A DNA stretch of 63,501 nucleotides, filler included, from Trichosphaerium sp. ATCC 40318 (taxonomy: Eukaryota; Protista; Tubulinea): NCBI GenBank assembly GCA_038496445.1. It is 2 parts of 2 records of this genome, joined end to end, with 100 filler letters (N's around TTAATTAATTAA, not from the genome) between each part and the next. Parts side by side here need not be neighbours in the genome. Positions count along the whole stretch, not along the records: positions 1 to 31,995 come from JALMLS010000007.1; positions 32,096 to 63,501 come from JALMLS010000592.1. One strand, given 5' to 3'. The notes under the pieces were generated by a model. It searched no databases and was not told the DNA's origin. It saw only the letters and a list, made by a program, of their open reading frames with translations. Below are positions 24,858-37,707 of the stretch, one piece after another (positions within the stretch are counted from its first letter, which is position 1; each line of letters starts with the position of its first letter). The translations under genes were made by a program, and so were the position numbers.

Positions 24858-26090
24858 CTAAGTAGCTACATGCACACCAGCATCTGATAATAAGAGTATA
24901 TATTTCGCATTCACATTTGTTGTACGAAGATAAATACTATGTAGCCCAGATAATTTAAGCACTTCAACGCCTTCATTTGTTACTGAAGTGTTATTAAGAC
25001 TGATAGAATGAACTCCTTTGAGTGCTTTTATGCCTTTGTCTGTGACTGAGGTATTGTTAAGGAATATCTTGTGAACACCTTTGAGCGCTTTTATACCTTC
25101 ATCTGTTACTGAAGTGTTATTGAGGCTGATAGAATGAACTCCTTTGAGTGCTTTTATGCCTTTGTCTGTGACTGAGGTATTGTTAAGAAAAATCTTATGT
25201 ACGCCGGCTAGTGATTTAATACCCTTGTCTGTTACTCCAGTGTGGTTAAGGTTGATAGAATGAGCTCCTTTGAGTGCTGCAATACCTTCATCTGTAACTA
25301 CTGTTTTACTAAGATCAATAGTATGGACACCTTTCAAAGCTATGACTCCTTCATCTGTTACTGAGGTATTGTTAAGAAAAATGCTATGAACGCCAGCAAG
25401 GCTCCTTATACCCTCGTCTGTAATATGTTCACATTTTCCAAGTCGTATTGTGCGAACGCCTGAGATCTCTTTGAGATCATGATCATTTATTTCAAACTGC
25501 ATTGTACGAACAACCCTGATATTTCTACAACCAGATAACAGTGAAACTATGGTAGGCCCTTTCATTTCACACAGTATTATTTCAGAGTTGTCCATTATAC
25601 CCTTGTATTGTCTAATATTTAAAATATCAGTCACACGTGATATATAGACTTTATTATAGCCAACAATATCATGAATGATATCAGACATAAGATGACATGA
25701 TTGAGCAACAGAAAACATTGATTTTTCCTCTGTGAAATGAAGAATATTCGAAATGATTTCATGTGGAAAACCAAGAATGTTGTTGCTATCTGTTTTTGTC
25801 GTATTTTGAGCGGTTGCTTGTTTTGTATCTGTTTCATGCTGATTTGGCCTATTTGCACTAGTATCCCTCTGTTTGAAGAGATAATGGTCTAGTTGTTGTT
25901 TGAGGGTCGCATTTGATACGATTAAGATACTCTTAAGCTGTTTTATGAACGATTTGTGTCGTTCAAATGTAATTGCACCAAACTCTTCTGTATGGTTACC
26001 GTGATAGTATTTTAACGCTTGTTGCACGGAAACACCAACAAAATCCATTGGTGCAAGGTGTGTAGAGTTAAAACTGCCGTTGTCTTCCAT
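24858..26090 (-). CDS. F-box-like plus leucine-rich-repeat protein, intronless
   Basis: F-box-like ILGFPHEIISNILHF; about 9 LRRs of ~22 aa, GVHxIxLxxTxVTDxGIxAL. Confidence 0.85.
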   Translation of the reverse strand: MEDNGSFNSTHLAPMDFVGVSVQQALKYYHGNHTEEFGAITFERHKSFIKQLKSILIVSNATLKQQLDHYLFKQRDTSANRPNQHETDTKQATAQNTTKTDSNNILGFPHEIISNILHFTEEKSMFSVAQSCHLMSDIIHDIVGYNKVYISRVTDILNIRQYKGIMDNSEIILCEMKGPTIVSLLSGCRNIRVVRTMQFEINDHDLKEISGVRTIRLGKCEHITDEGIRSLAGVHSIFLNNTSVTDEGVIALKGVHTIDLSKTVVTDEGIAALKGAHSINLNHTGVTDKGIKSLAGVHKIFLNNTSVTDKGIKALKGVHSISLNNTSVTDEGIKALKGVHKIFLNNTSVTDKGIKALKGVHSISLNNTSVTNEGVEVLKLSGLHSIYLRTTNVNAKYILLLSDAGVHVAT

Positions 26091-26724
26091 TGACTGTTTT
26101 TACACAAATGAAGGAACAAATGCATTGAATGGGAATGTAAAAGTCCTTTTTACAATTTTATTGTGTACACCAACGTGAGCGTGTACGCTTACAATTTGTC
26201 TATCTAGAGAGCAAATGATGGATTGCAAACAAGCAGCTAATAACTAATTATTTTGTTGAACAATTGTGAAAGCAAGTGTCAATCAAACACGTGTCGTGCA
26301 GCTGCTAACATTAATTCTTGTACACCTGATCTACTTTGAAAAATTACGAACTAGCTCATAGGCCTATGGTAGCGCTGGGTTCTTGTACAGGCGATAACTT
26401 CACTACAATTCTACTTTTACTGACATGCCTCTTAAGCCAACTGTTTTGATGCGTAGATTGGTACAGCACGTGCCAAAGATGATCTAGAAAAAACTTACAA
26501 GATAATTGCGTAATTGCAATTTACACTTGTAGGGAGCACGTGAGATTAGAAATTAGACGAATTTTCTTTTGCGATTGACCCCTTTTGCATACGCTTTCAT
26601 GGCTATTCTGATTTAACCCATGTTTTTTTTTAACTATTGAACAGGCAGTTATGCAAGACCAAAATTGAAAAGTGGAACATTTTGTATTTGATTCACTAAT
26701 TGGTCAAAAGTGCTGTATTTCGCA

Positions 26725-27723
26725 ATGATTAAAGCTCTTTTATGTTTGTGTACCATGTTTGCCTTGACACTATCACTAAGTAAGTTAAACACTTCTTTTT
26801 AGCGAGCAGTGTTGCTTAGAAATTAACCGTGTTCCAGGTGAAGGCGATAGAGGAGCTTGTACAGTAGTAGACACAAAGAGTGGTTTACAATTTTTAAAAG
26901 ACTCTATGCAGCCATATAACCCTGATTTTATCGTTAATGATACAATTATAGAGTATTTAAGCCGAGTTACCACATCCGCAGCCTTTGTTCTTGATTTTAC
27001 CTCTAACTCCCTTGAATATCGCTCTGAGTTCAAAAATAACATTACAATTAACTCATTGAAAATGGTGTGCGTGATGGAACAACCAGTTATTGAAGGTACA
27101 CATTTTTTACTGGCGCCACTTTTCTTTGTTTTTTTTTTTTTTTTGCTATCTGAAATTTGACTTGATTTTTATCCAAATACCGTATCGTAGTACAGTTGCC
27201 TTTTTACTTGTGTTATTAGTATCCAATAAACAATAATCTAATAGCAAAAAACTTATTGGCACGTGCGCAAGCCAAACACTCAGTGCAAATTTTCCTTCAG
27301 AAAATTAGCCTTTTTTTCATTTTACTCTTGTTGGCTTAGATTAGAGCCATCATTTGCTTGTCATTTCCCTAACATTTATTGCAAGGCTTTTCTTTAGTTT
27401 CTTCCAATTTTACCATTCCTGTCACCAATATTACATTCAATTCAACATCATTCAGGTACATATAAAAGTAGTACTCACTTCCCAAAGTATAACCTTTTTT
27501 TTATAGTTTCTCAATGCCTGGTCTAGTTTCAAAAACTACGTTAGCCGCAGTATTCAGCTTTATCCCACAGCCTCCTACCACGTTACCTCCAACTTTACCT
27601 CCTACAACGTTAGCTCCAACTGAAGCTCCAACTGAAGCACCAACTTCTCTATCCAAAAAGTTGACTTCTGTGAGCCTTCTGTTTTTCGTTTCTTGTTTAG
27701 CATTGTTAAACCTCCATTTGTAA
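26725..27723 (+). CDS. Small secreted protein with Pro/Thr stalk and GPI-type hydrophobic tail
   Basis: MIKALLCLCTMFALTLSL signal; multi-exon; PPTTLPPTLPPTTLAPTEAPTEAPTS then LLFFVSCLALLNLHL*. Confidence 0.7.
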
Positions 27724-28101
27724 ACGACATACACAATAAACACACCAATATTACAAGCTTCACAGGTATAACAATAACGGAAGTAATACCTCGTATTGGT
27801 TGCTATTTGCCATGTTAAGCTACATGCCAAGGTTTAAAGGGCAAACAATACATAAAAGAGTGGATGTTTTGCATTGTATACATTAACCTGACTCAACTCA
27901 AAGACTCGTATTTGTTCTCATTAAAGAGTACAGTGCACAATAAACTTTGCTACAATTTAATGATTTAACAACATCTCTCAATATCCTCATACACATAGTA
28001 AGTTTGTACATTTATACAACAATTTTCCATCATTCGAATTTTATATTGCTTAGTTAGAAGGATGAATGAGAGCAGCTTTGTAAACTGGCGTTTTTTAGTT
28101 G

Positions 28102-28930
28102 TTAGGCATCCTTCATTTTTGTGTCTTCTATCTCATTCTTGTTTTCTTCTGATTCAACTTTTCCATTCACATACTCGTCCTTTGATATTAACTTTTGAAA
28201 GCTCTTATTATTTTTACCAGGTAATAAAATAGCAATAAACCCATCAGTGTATGGCTTAAAACAACAGAGTTAACACTAGAATAATTGCAAAAAAAAAAAG
28301 TTCAACACAAAAACAAGAGTTAACTTACTTTCTCAACTACCAAGTTAGGATTCTTATCAAATTGCTTATTAACCTCAATAACAGGTGCGTATATAGGTCC
28401 AACAACATCATATGTTGATCCATCTTGACACGTGATTGTACAAACTTTAGTACCAGGTGTTGTCTTTAAACCTCCCTACAGAAAAAAATTTGTTGGCGCA
28501 AGTCGCGTATTGGCGCTTTCCGTACCCGCTTTCTCTTTCCTGAAACTTTTTTTTTGGCTCCAGCTACGTAATCTATTTTTTGAATTTTTTTCTTGTTTTG
28601 TACTATATCGTGGTTTTGAGCAACACCAATGACACAGACGCTAAATAATAATATGTTAATCAGTTTTGATGTGTTGTAAACTAACACCTTTAATTTGGTC
28701 GTTAGTGATCGGAAAATACTAGAATTACCCGTTAGAGTGTCTATGGACGTATTGATCCTCGTTTCTACCTTCCGTAGCTATTCATTTATTAATAAGCACG
28801 CTAAATCATCTCATCATATGCTCTAGGGTATCAACGGCTTAAAACACGCACTTCTTTTAAAGAATCGCGTCTCTTCATAGTATTTCGTTACAAAATCAAT
28901 AGCGCTCTGCGGTTTGTACTTTATTTCCAT
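28102..28930 (-). CDS. Abitram/FAM206A (Simiate)-like, glycine-cleavage-H-like fold
   Basis: DFVTKYY...VIGVAQNH...KVSGKRKR...VCTITCQDGSTYDV...VIEVNKQFDKNPNLV...PYTDGFIAILLP follows the FAM206A motif order. Confidence 0.8.
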
Positions 28931-29104
28931 GCTTAGCCCGTGTACAACGAAAAACTAGTACCAGAATTAAGCCAGCAATCTCAGAAACTTAACAGAAAAA
29001 AAGAAAAAGCCCGAATTACACGTGTTTAAACTCTACGTGAAAGTGTATTTGATTTACATGCGACTACCAGCTGCTCTGGAGCGTTTACAATATTTTTAGA
29101 AAAA

Positions 29105-30556
29105 ATTACTTGTTACCATCCTTCGTGTTTACTTCTACGGTGTAATCATACTCGATATTAGGCATAACAACAGCCAAGAACTTCAAAAACAAAATAAGGT
29201 ATTGATCTACACGCGGGTCATTTCCAGCGTCAATTGAGCTCTGTATCATCTTTTTCATTACACTGGCATGCCTTTAACGTAATTAGTACATATAAATAAT
29301 CTCTACGAACTGGAACGTACTTGCAAGGGTGAATGTATGCAAACTGAACACCCAAGTGTGGATGAGCATCCATTGTAACTGTCTTTTTAGCGTGATCTAC
29401 GCTGATGTCTTTGAAAATGGCTTTTGATGACAGAGGTTGTCTGTTCTACAAAAAAGTAATATTGTAAGCTTTAAAAACAATAATAATACTCTGAGATAAC
29501 TGAGGTTGCAGGTAACGCACTTCGTCATAACCAAACAGCCAAACCTTAGGTGTTTGGTAGTACTTGTCGTATGTAATTGTTATATCATATGTGCGCATTT
29601 TAATGATAGAGTTTCCGTCTGTTGTAGGTTCGGCAAGCGCTGGGTCAGCTTCCTTAAGGATTATGAGCAAAACTCAAAAAAATAACTTAATGAAAGACAT
29701 ACAACGAGGTTGTCTGCGCCCTCCCAATCTTCCATGTCTGGAATGTCACTATCATCATCGTCCTCATCTTCATCATCATCTGGCTCATTCGCATTCTGGA
29801 TATAAGATGTCAGCCTTTTTGACAAAGGGAACAGTTTTTTGACGCCTAATGTCACGAAAAACAACAAGAAATGCTCTAGGCTTCCTGCACTGGTTGTATT
29901 TTACCTTGTCTTCAACATCAACGATATTATCCTCCTCACCAGTTTTATGTTCATCAGTGTATGTCACAGCTGTCCAGTCGTCTTCAACTATCTTGTTCTC
30001 AACTGTGTCGAGGTCAAACTCTCTGCAAGGCACTTTTTGAGTAATGTTAGTGGGTGAATTGCCGTTTATTCGATGAGTAAAAATAAATGGTAGTTCGTGT
30101 ATCATAAATTATGCAGCGGTTTGTAGAACCCATAACGCACCATTTCTGGTGATCAAAAACTGTTTGTTCTCGGGCATATACCCAACGCGTCGTTTAGCAT
30201 CTCCAGACTCCCTTGGTATAATAATTAGGAGTGCATCTTTGAATTTTAGGAACAATTTGTTGAAATAGAACGTGGGTTATTATAAACCGCTCTAGCCATT
30301 AAAATGAACTAGCCAGCACTTACCATGACCACGTCCCGCAGTTACGTACTAGCAAATCCCCAGCAGCCACAAACTACGTTAATAGTGAGGTTTATAACTA
30401 TTACGTGACTCCAGTACGTTTACATACCTGGTCAGGCGTCAAAACACCTTCTTGAACGAATTTGGTCTCGTCTGTCAAAGTGCCCATGACACTCGACGCA
30501 GTCTTAACATAGGCACCGTGAACGTTCGCTTTTAATTTATTGAAGAGATCAGACAT
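29105..30556 (-). CDS. ATG3: Autophagy E2-like enzyme ATG3
   Basis: [58 protein letters not shown], catalytic [15 protein letters not shown]...PNIEYDYT. Confidence 0.97.
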
Positions 30557-30761
30557 GGTTGGAGCGTTGTAGTGCTGTAATTGCTAAAATTATAACACCC
30601 AACTTTTCTACGCAATTAGTCAACTGAGATCAGTACAAGCAGAAAACACTGACAATTAAGTCGTTGCACCCAATTGTTTGCTGCAAGTGCTATTGACGCG
30701 GGGATTGGTCAGTACACTGCCCTTTGAAACAAAGTCCCCGCCAACAACGAGAATACTCGCT

Positions 30762-32648
30762 ATGCAAGACTCCTTTCCATTTGGAGACATTCTAGGAGGT
30801 AATGTAATATTGTAGCCGTTTTCTGTTCTCATTTTGAATCATTCGTTTCAAAATAGCGTTGAGTGCCACTCATTCGACCCCAAATATTGCTTGATAATTC
30901 TCAATAACCAACTCTTTTGGTTTTATGTAATTTATTGACCTTATTAGAACCACTTCAACCTACAGGCATTGGGAGCGAAGTGGACGTAAGCCCACTATTT
31001 AACGAAGCAGTACGCAACGACTTTTTTTATGTTAATAATTTTTCGAAAAATTATGTACTAGCCATAAGTGGTATTCTAAAGCTCTCAGGTAACAGAAGAT
31101 GGTATTGCAATTCGTAACCTAGATACATTTTATTTCTACGATGATGCTGTAGATGGAGAAAGTGTAGCTGTTCCTCTAGAGTCTCTTGCTTATACATACA
31201 ATCACTCATTGGCGTGCTCAGCAGACGTAGTACACATAACCCGACAAAGTAACGCCTATTCTACAAAAAAGCAGTATTTATTAACTCCATTTGCAGACGG
31301 TGCTCCACAATACCTTACTAACAATAGAATTCGCGTACGCGTTATTGTAAAGGAATGGGCAATCCAATTTTCGCCGATGTCGATAATGGTACAAGCTTAA
31401 CCTCAAAATGTTGCCTTAAATACTCCTAATACGGCCTTTTTGTTTACTCGCTTGTTTTAGGTTAGGACTGACTACGCTTGGTATCACCTCATTGAACCAT
31501 CGCCACAATTTGAACCAAGCTTTAAGACTACCAAACTCATTTTTCATATCTGCTTCGTGTTACAACAACTCTGCCTTACGTCTCATAACGTAACATACCA
31601 AGATTTTTTAAAACACGTACGCTACGCGTGAACTAAAATAATAATTAATTAGATTTTCACCAACTTCTCTAGCTTGACGCCAAGTTTCATGGTAAAGTAC
31701 TAGAATGTCATGTAATTGATGGACGTGTACTTCCACATATTATAGCTCAGTTTGAACATGATACTCTAGTCAGTAAAGCACCATTTTTTCAACAATTAGT
31801 ACAAGTACTAAGAGTACGTGAAGTAAAAAAACAAATTTAAATATAGAAGTGTCATGTCATAACATTCCCTTCCTTAGAGCCGACAAATGAATAACGTAGA
31901 TCAAACACATCCATCTGTACGATTTTCACATCACAAAAGACGCTCTGTATTGAACCCTATCGTACATTTACAAAAAAAAAATTATTGATGATTTTNNNNN
32001 NNNNNNNNNNNNNNNNNNNNNNNNNNNNNNNNNNNNNNNTTAATTAATTAANNNNNNNNNNNNNNNNNNNNNNNNNNNNNNNNNNNNNNNNNNNNTACGC
32101 GATTAATAAATACATCACTTTTAAATTCTGTTTTAGATGAATGAGTTCGAGTTTTTCAAAGACTCTGATCTTTCAGCGTTCGTTAACATGCTTAAGAATC
32201 ATTTTGAAAAACATAAGACACCTGTTATGATAGACGACCGTATTAAAGCTTATGTGATTGGAGGTATCATTGTGGACGGCGATAAAGTGCTTGTTTTACG
32301 GTTTGATCCTCATTACGATGGTACGGCTTCCAAAACTCTAAAATTTTTTCGGGTTTTTTTTTATCACTGGTAAATCTGTCACTATCTAAATTACAAACTA
32401 ACTAGGTGGTGCAAAAGAAGAAGATTATAAGAAGGATCTGGAAAGTAAGTTAACCTTTAGTAGTAGAACAGAAGAAATAAAACGAGATTTGAAATATTAA
32501 CGTGTTTTTAGGTGCTAACAAAAACGATGTATTTGGTTGTAATGGTGTTTATTGGATGACCTTTGAAGATGCTTTCTTGGTTACTAAGCAATCAAGCTTT
32601 CTTGTTTTGTTTCCAACAGATCAACCTGATGTTAATAATAAGGCGTGA
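30762..32648 (+). CDS. UFSP2-like peptidase C78 (UFM1-specific protease family); spans an assembly gap
   Basis: C-terminal LKNHFEKHKTPVMI...VLRFDPHYDG...GVYW matches the C78 Asp-His region; catalytic Cys not visible; joining to the exons left of the gap is assumed. Confidence 0.65.
31996..32095. other. Artificial scaffold gap or linker: N44-TTAATTAATTAA-N44
   Basis: 100-bp spacer with a six-frame stop cassette. Confidence 0.97.
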
Positions 32649-32821
32649 ATACGCGTAAACCATATCCTTATACAATATTTGTATAACGTTCATCTCTTTC
32701 CTTATTCTATAAATAAACTGTTTAATATAATTGTATTTATAGCTCTTTTTTATACCTAATAAGGAAATCACTTAACTTGGATGCACCTACCGTGCTTTGT
32801 ATAAATACTTTGGATTTGTTC

Positions 32822-35019
32822 TCACTTTTTTGCTCGATACATCGTACATTTGCGCACAGAACCTTTTCTTGGTTGGAAATGATCGTATTTTCGGGATTTG
32901 TGGCAAATTCGGAACTTAGATTCGATCCTCTTCACAAGCATTTGTCTGTAAAGATACTGAGTAAATTTGCGTTCAGGGGTTTGTAGCAACAACTTGCGAT
33001 ATAGTGCCTAGTTGTCATGTGGGTTCAACCTAAGGTTGTTTTTTCACTAGGTAGCAATAACTTTTCAGCGACGGATTATCTATGATTAACACAATAACCA
33101 AGATTGAGCAAAGACACTTCTTGGCTTCACCTGTCACATACCAGAAAGATCTAATTGTATTTCGCTTGCCAACTCATATTGAATGATTTACTCGCGTCTG
33201 TCAGGGCCATCCTGTAAGATATGTAGTTAGTCTTGACAAGCTTTGTGAGGGAATCTTTTTGACTAAAGTGAAGTACTTGCAACGTATTAAATACTTGTCG
33301 AAAGCTGTTTTATTAAATAATGTATGCGCTTACAATGAATCAAGAATGGTTTAAACTGTCTCTTCGCTTTTTTTTCGTCATTGTCCTCCATTTGTCTTTA
33401 ATATCAACATTCGTGCGACCCTGAAAGAAAAACAATAAATTAACAAAGTACGAAATAGTTTGTATTGGTGATTGGCACAGACCATAAAATTAAAAGCAGG
33501 ATCATCCCGGATTTTAACCCATTTTCCTTCACCATATTTTTTTACACCTAACAGAATCGTAAGACTAGAACCTGACACCAAGTTGGGAAGTACCTTGTTC
33601 TACATAATGTTCTTCATTTGAACTCCAAGGTCTGGCCGATCTGCGTCTATTGGGGAGAGAAGAAACTGACTCTAGTACCAACGCTGGAAGTCCATCTAGG
33701 TTCGAAGAAATAAGCAAAACGTGATGTTAATTCAAATACCGGCTATGTCACCCATATCACTGGCATCACTTGCAGTGTTAATTCCCAGTTCGTTCTACCA
33801 CAACATGTTAACATGAGACCACAAAAAAACTGTAATGTCACATTGTTCGTAGCAGCTCCCTCTTTGAACGCCAGCACTGCCTCAGAAGGATTGATTGCAA
33901 TTGATACCACGTTCTTATCGAACTTCTAAAAATAGTAAAACACGTAAATACGAAGCATTATTCTCATACCTTTAACTCCTCTGCTGAAATCCGTATAGGC
34001 TCGTTCGGCTCTTTGCGTTCCATTCTAGGTTTACCACAAACCTTCTAATTAAAACAAGTTTATTTTGCAAGAATTTTGAGAGCAGTAAAACGTGTACCTG
34101 TTCTAACAAAGTAGTTGGGTGAGCGTCAAAAAGAGGCTGTAGATATTTAGTGATTTGTTCACTAAATTGGTCTCTTCTATGTACAATTTTTAGGTTCTAT
34201 TTCTAATCAGCACGTGGGTAAGAGTAGTTTGTGCGTACTGAGATGTAAAGTTTGGTTTCTTTCTCTTCAAGCAGCGGATCAGTGCGCAAGCATTCAAGAA
34301 GCTTTTTTATTTCCAAAACCATGTTGTCCAGCGTTGTTTGTGGTAAAGCACTCAACGCATTTTCTTCATTCAATGGTACTAGGTGACAGGATAAGAAAAT
34401 GGCGCGAAAAACAAAAATAGTAGTACCATAAAGAGGAAGGACCTTAGCAGTGTAATCTTCAAGGATCACCACTGAAAAGCTGTTGCTATCGAAGGAAGAT
34501 AGAATTATCTGTTAAAATCATTAGTGAGTAACTTACAACGCTCCAAATACCTTTTGTCACGCACCTGGAAGAAGAGTTCTTCAAGGATAAGTACAAAGTT
34601 AGAACCTTCATCTCTGCGCCAATTTTTTGGTATTGATTGAATAAAACACTTCAAAACACGTGTGTTATACTCCCAGATTTTCTCATGCCCCAGCATTGTT
34701 TTTAAGACGAAGAGGTCTACCAATTTTTTTGTAGCTTTATCTTTGTTAATAGCATAGTCATATACGCCATCTCGCTGTAAGCCTCCTGACAAATTGAAGG
34801 TTAGCGACAAAGCGTCGTTAAAAGATAAGTGTTTTGGCGGGTAAAGTGAGAGAAGGCTGTAATGGATTAACGTGTCACTACAACCCTAGCAGCCCTAATT
34901 TTTTTTGGTGTAGAAACAATCAGGTTACCTAACGCTAGATCATCGTATCCTTTTATAATATTGTATTCTGTCATCGCCCACAGGGTTTCCATATCTGTGA
35001 GCGTATTGTGAGCATCCAT
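32822..35019 (-). CDS. Telobox-type Myb/SANT protein (telomere-repeat-binding-factor-like)
   Basis: Spliced RPWSSNEEHYVEQGVKKYGEGKWVKIRDD...GRTNVDIKDKWRTM contains a telobox (VDLKDKWR consensus). Confidence 0.8.
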
Positions 35020-35269
35020 AGTTTACTATGGAACAAAATGCAGAAAACAATTGACAAAAAAAAAGTTGTGTACGAAGAAAAATTGCAAGCGGTGAAAGTA
35101 CTCTACAGGCACCACTAGTGTAGAGCATGTTTATAAAACGGAATCACCCAACAAGCACGTGAACAAGAAGGCCTAGATTTTAGGTTTGATTGACCTATGT
35201 TTTCAACACACCAACTTTCGAAGTGACTAGACAGAATTCCCGTTATGTTTGGAAAACAAGCTTTTTTAT

Positions 35270-37234
35270 TTATGAGAAATGGAATCGTGTTTTTTTTGCC
35301 TTAAAATATTGGTGTACAAAGTCTTCTTTGGTACTTCCACAAAAGAAGATATTACAGTTCATCTCTTGGCATATTGTTCGAAATAAATAAGATACTTTGT
35401 AGTGACTGTTGTAGAGCTGAACCAACTTTATCTCTGGAAACTCGATGAGAAAGCTTGAGAAAGTCCTGAGTTGAATATTCTGATCTTTTTCAAGAATCAA
35501 AACAGATGCACTGACTTTGTCATGTACTAAACAAATAAGGCAATTAGGTAGTTTGGACTTTTTTGTAAAACAAACATAGATCTTTTGTGGTATAATTGAA
35601 GCTCTTGGCAACTGCTTCTCAATGTATGACATATCCTTGTGGTATGTCTTGATTGTCTTTATATTGTTTCTTTCTCTTGATAGTTGTTGTAAAAGACGTT
35701 GAGCATCCGCTTTACACATGAATCTGATATCAATCTCTTTGACATGTTTCAGCTTGTTATGGTCTGGAAGACCTTCTCTTTCAATAAGACTGACAGCACT
35801 GTAATGTTGAATACTCAAATTTGCACAATCATATAGATACTGGCATGCTGTTAATAGGCACTTTGTTGAAACACAGTCGAGATGTTCCAATATGAGCGTG
35901 ATTATTTCTAAGAATTGTAAACAACAAAACGGTTCATTGAAGATCTGTTGAAGTTTATTTATCTGGCAAAGGTACCTGGAGGCATCATTGAAATCTCGTC
36001 TGTTGTATTTTCAGGGTCCACATCAATTATTGTTTTGGGACGCTTGAGTTGAATCTCGAAATCAAAATTAACAAGGTTAAAGGTTGAGAAGTATATTGCA
36101 ACACGTTTTGGTGTTAAATCAATAACTCCTGCCAGCCGAGCCCCCGATTTATAAATTTATTCCAAACGGCAATATATTCTATTTTAGACATGATTTCATT
36201 CTTATCTAGCAATCCCTTAACAAAAAAATTAGAGGAAAACATAGTCCATTAATGAACTGATTACAAAGATATTCTTGTTTTTGATTAAAGGTGTTTATAA
36301 ACTTTATAAAGGTACAAGTTGTGCTTGCCTCCATGGATGCTAGAATACCTGTTCTATCACGTGCAAATCTGCCAATGATAAGTATGGGATATTCATTAAA
36401 CTTGGGAAGCCCAACTCTTGTAACGTCAGGAATGTAAATTGATACCCAATACATATTTGAAAGAGTTGAGTGTTCTTTGAGTTCTTTGGAGCACAATACT
36501 TTTCTATTTTTATGTCAGGTAAGCTGGAATGAAACAAAATATACATCCAAAACATATACATACTCGCTTTGGTCACATGTGGGGTCACTTGTGTAGATGT
36601 AAATCGCAAAATTGAAGTATGTTTTAGTTGGATTGTTCAGAGAACAAAAAATATTAGGTTGTGTTTGCCCACCATCTTTCACGTGTTGTATATTTTGTTG
36701 TATATGTATGTCATTTCTATCATCAGTATAAGGTTGAATAGCCTGAAGTAAACTATAAATCAGTGCGGTTCTAGCGTTACAATCGGGCTCAGTGCTACCA
36801 AACGAAGGTACTTAGCTTTACTTTATTTTTTTCATCTTAGCAACAAAGTACCTTAGCCCTTGTACCACTGATGAAACAGGACTCTTCTCTGCCTTTAGTA
36901 TAACTTCACAATCATATGTTATACCAAGTATTTCATAGGGGAGCACTTCATCCTTCAAAGCAGGTTAGTCTCCGATGGGTTCACGTGGAATAAGAACTTG
37001 TGTTTAAAAACAACGTACATTGGCGTATTCCGAGCAATCAAGTGAAGGATAACGTTGTAAATGTGGTTTAACCCCTGTCACGTTATATACAGCCTGTTTG
37101 AGTTGAATTACTGTTCCATACGTTGATGTACGTATTCTGAACGTTTCTTTCTTGAATTTAACGTTAAAAGATGTTTTTAGCTGTTGTGCGTTGTCACTTG
37201 TGCCAAAAGACTGATTCCAATGAGTGTGCTCCAT
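35270..37234 (-). pseudogene. Ubiquitin-like-domain protein, copy 1; probable +5 frameshift
   Basis: N-terminal Ubl-like TVIQLKQAVYNVTGVKPHLQR; paralog of 49478-51570; 5 extra nt at ~36134-36142 relative to copy 2 lead to a stop. Confidence 0.6.
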
Positions 37235-37707
37235 AAAAGCGCCTTGAAATTGTCAACGTGTTAACGTAGAAGATGTAACTTAACATACCTCGCCTTATCC
37301 TTGGTGTGCCAAGAAGAAAAGAGCTTAAGAATCGTTCTATTATACTACGCAGAACGATGTAACTTAACACGTGATTTCGGGTTCAGCAATTTTTAGTTCG
37401 CGAATATCACAGTTTTTTACGAATACTGTCTCAATGACGACACCAGCTCAAATGTTTTCTCCTTTACTTTGAATAACAAGTTGAATCATTTGTGATGAGT
37501 TTCACAAGTAGAAAAGTAATGTACAATGCGGTTAGGAAAAATATTTTAGTGTACAAAAAGTTCGTTGTGTTCTTGCAATTTATGATATGATATTTTGCTG
37601 TAAAAATTATAAGCTTTTCCTTGTTAAGGATGTCATTGTACATCTTAAGTTCAACTTTTTATTCATGTCGTTCATATTGGAAGAATGCTAGTTCGTAGAA
37701 CAACAGT

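Noticed and set aside
32040-32051. TTAATTAATTAA palindrome
   Set aside because: It is an artificial six-frame stop linker between N runs, not biology.
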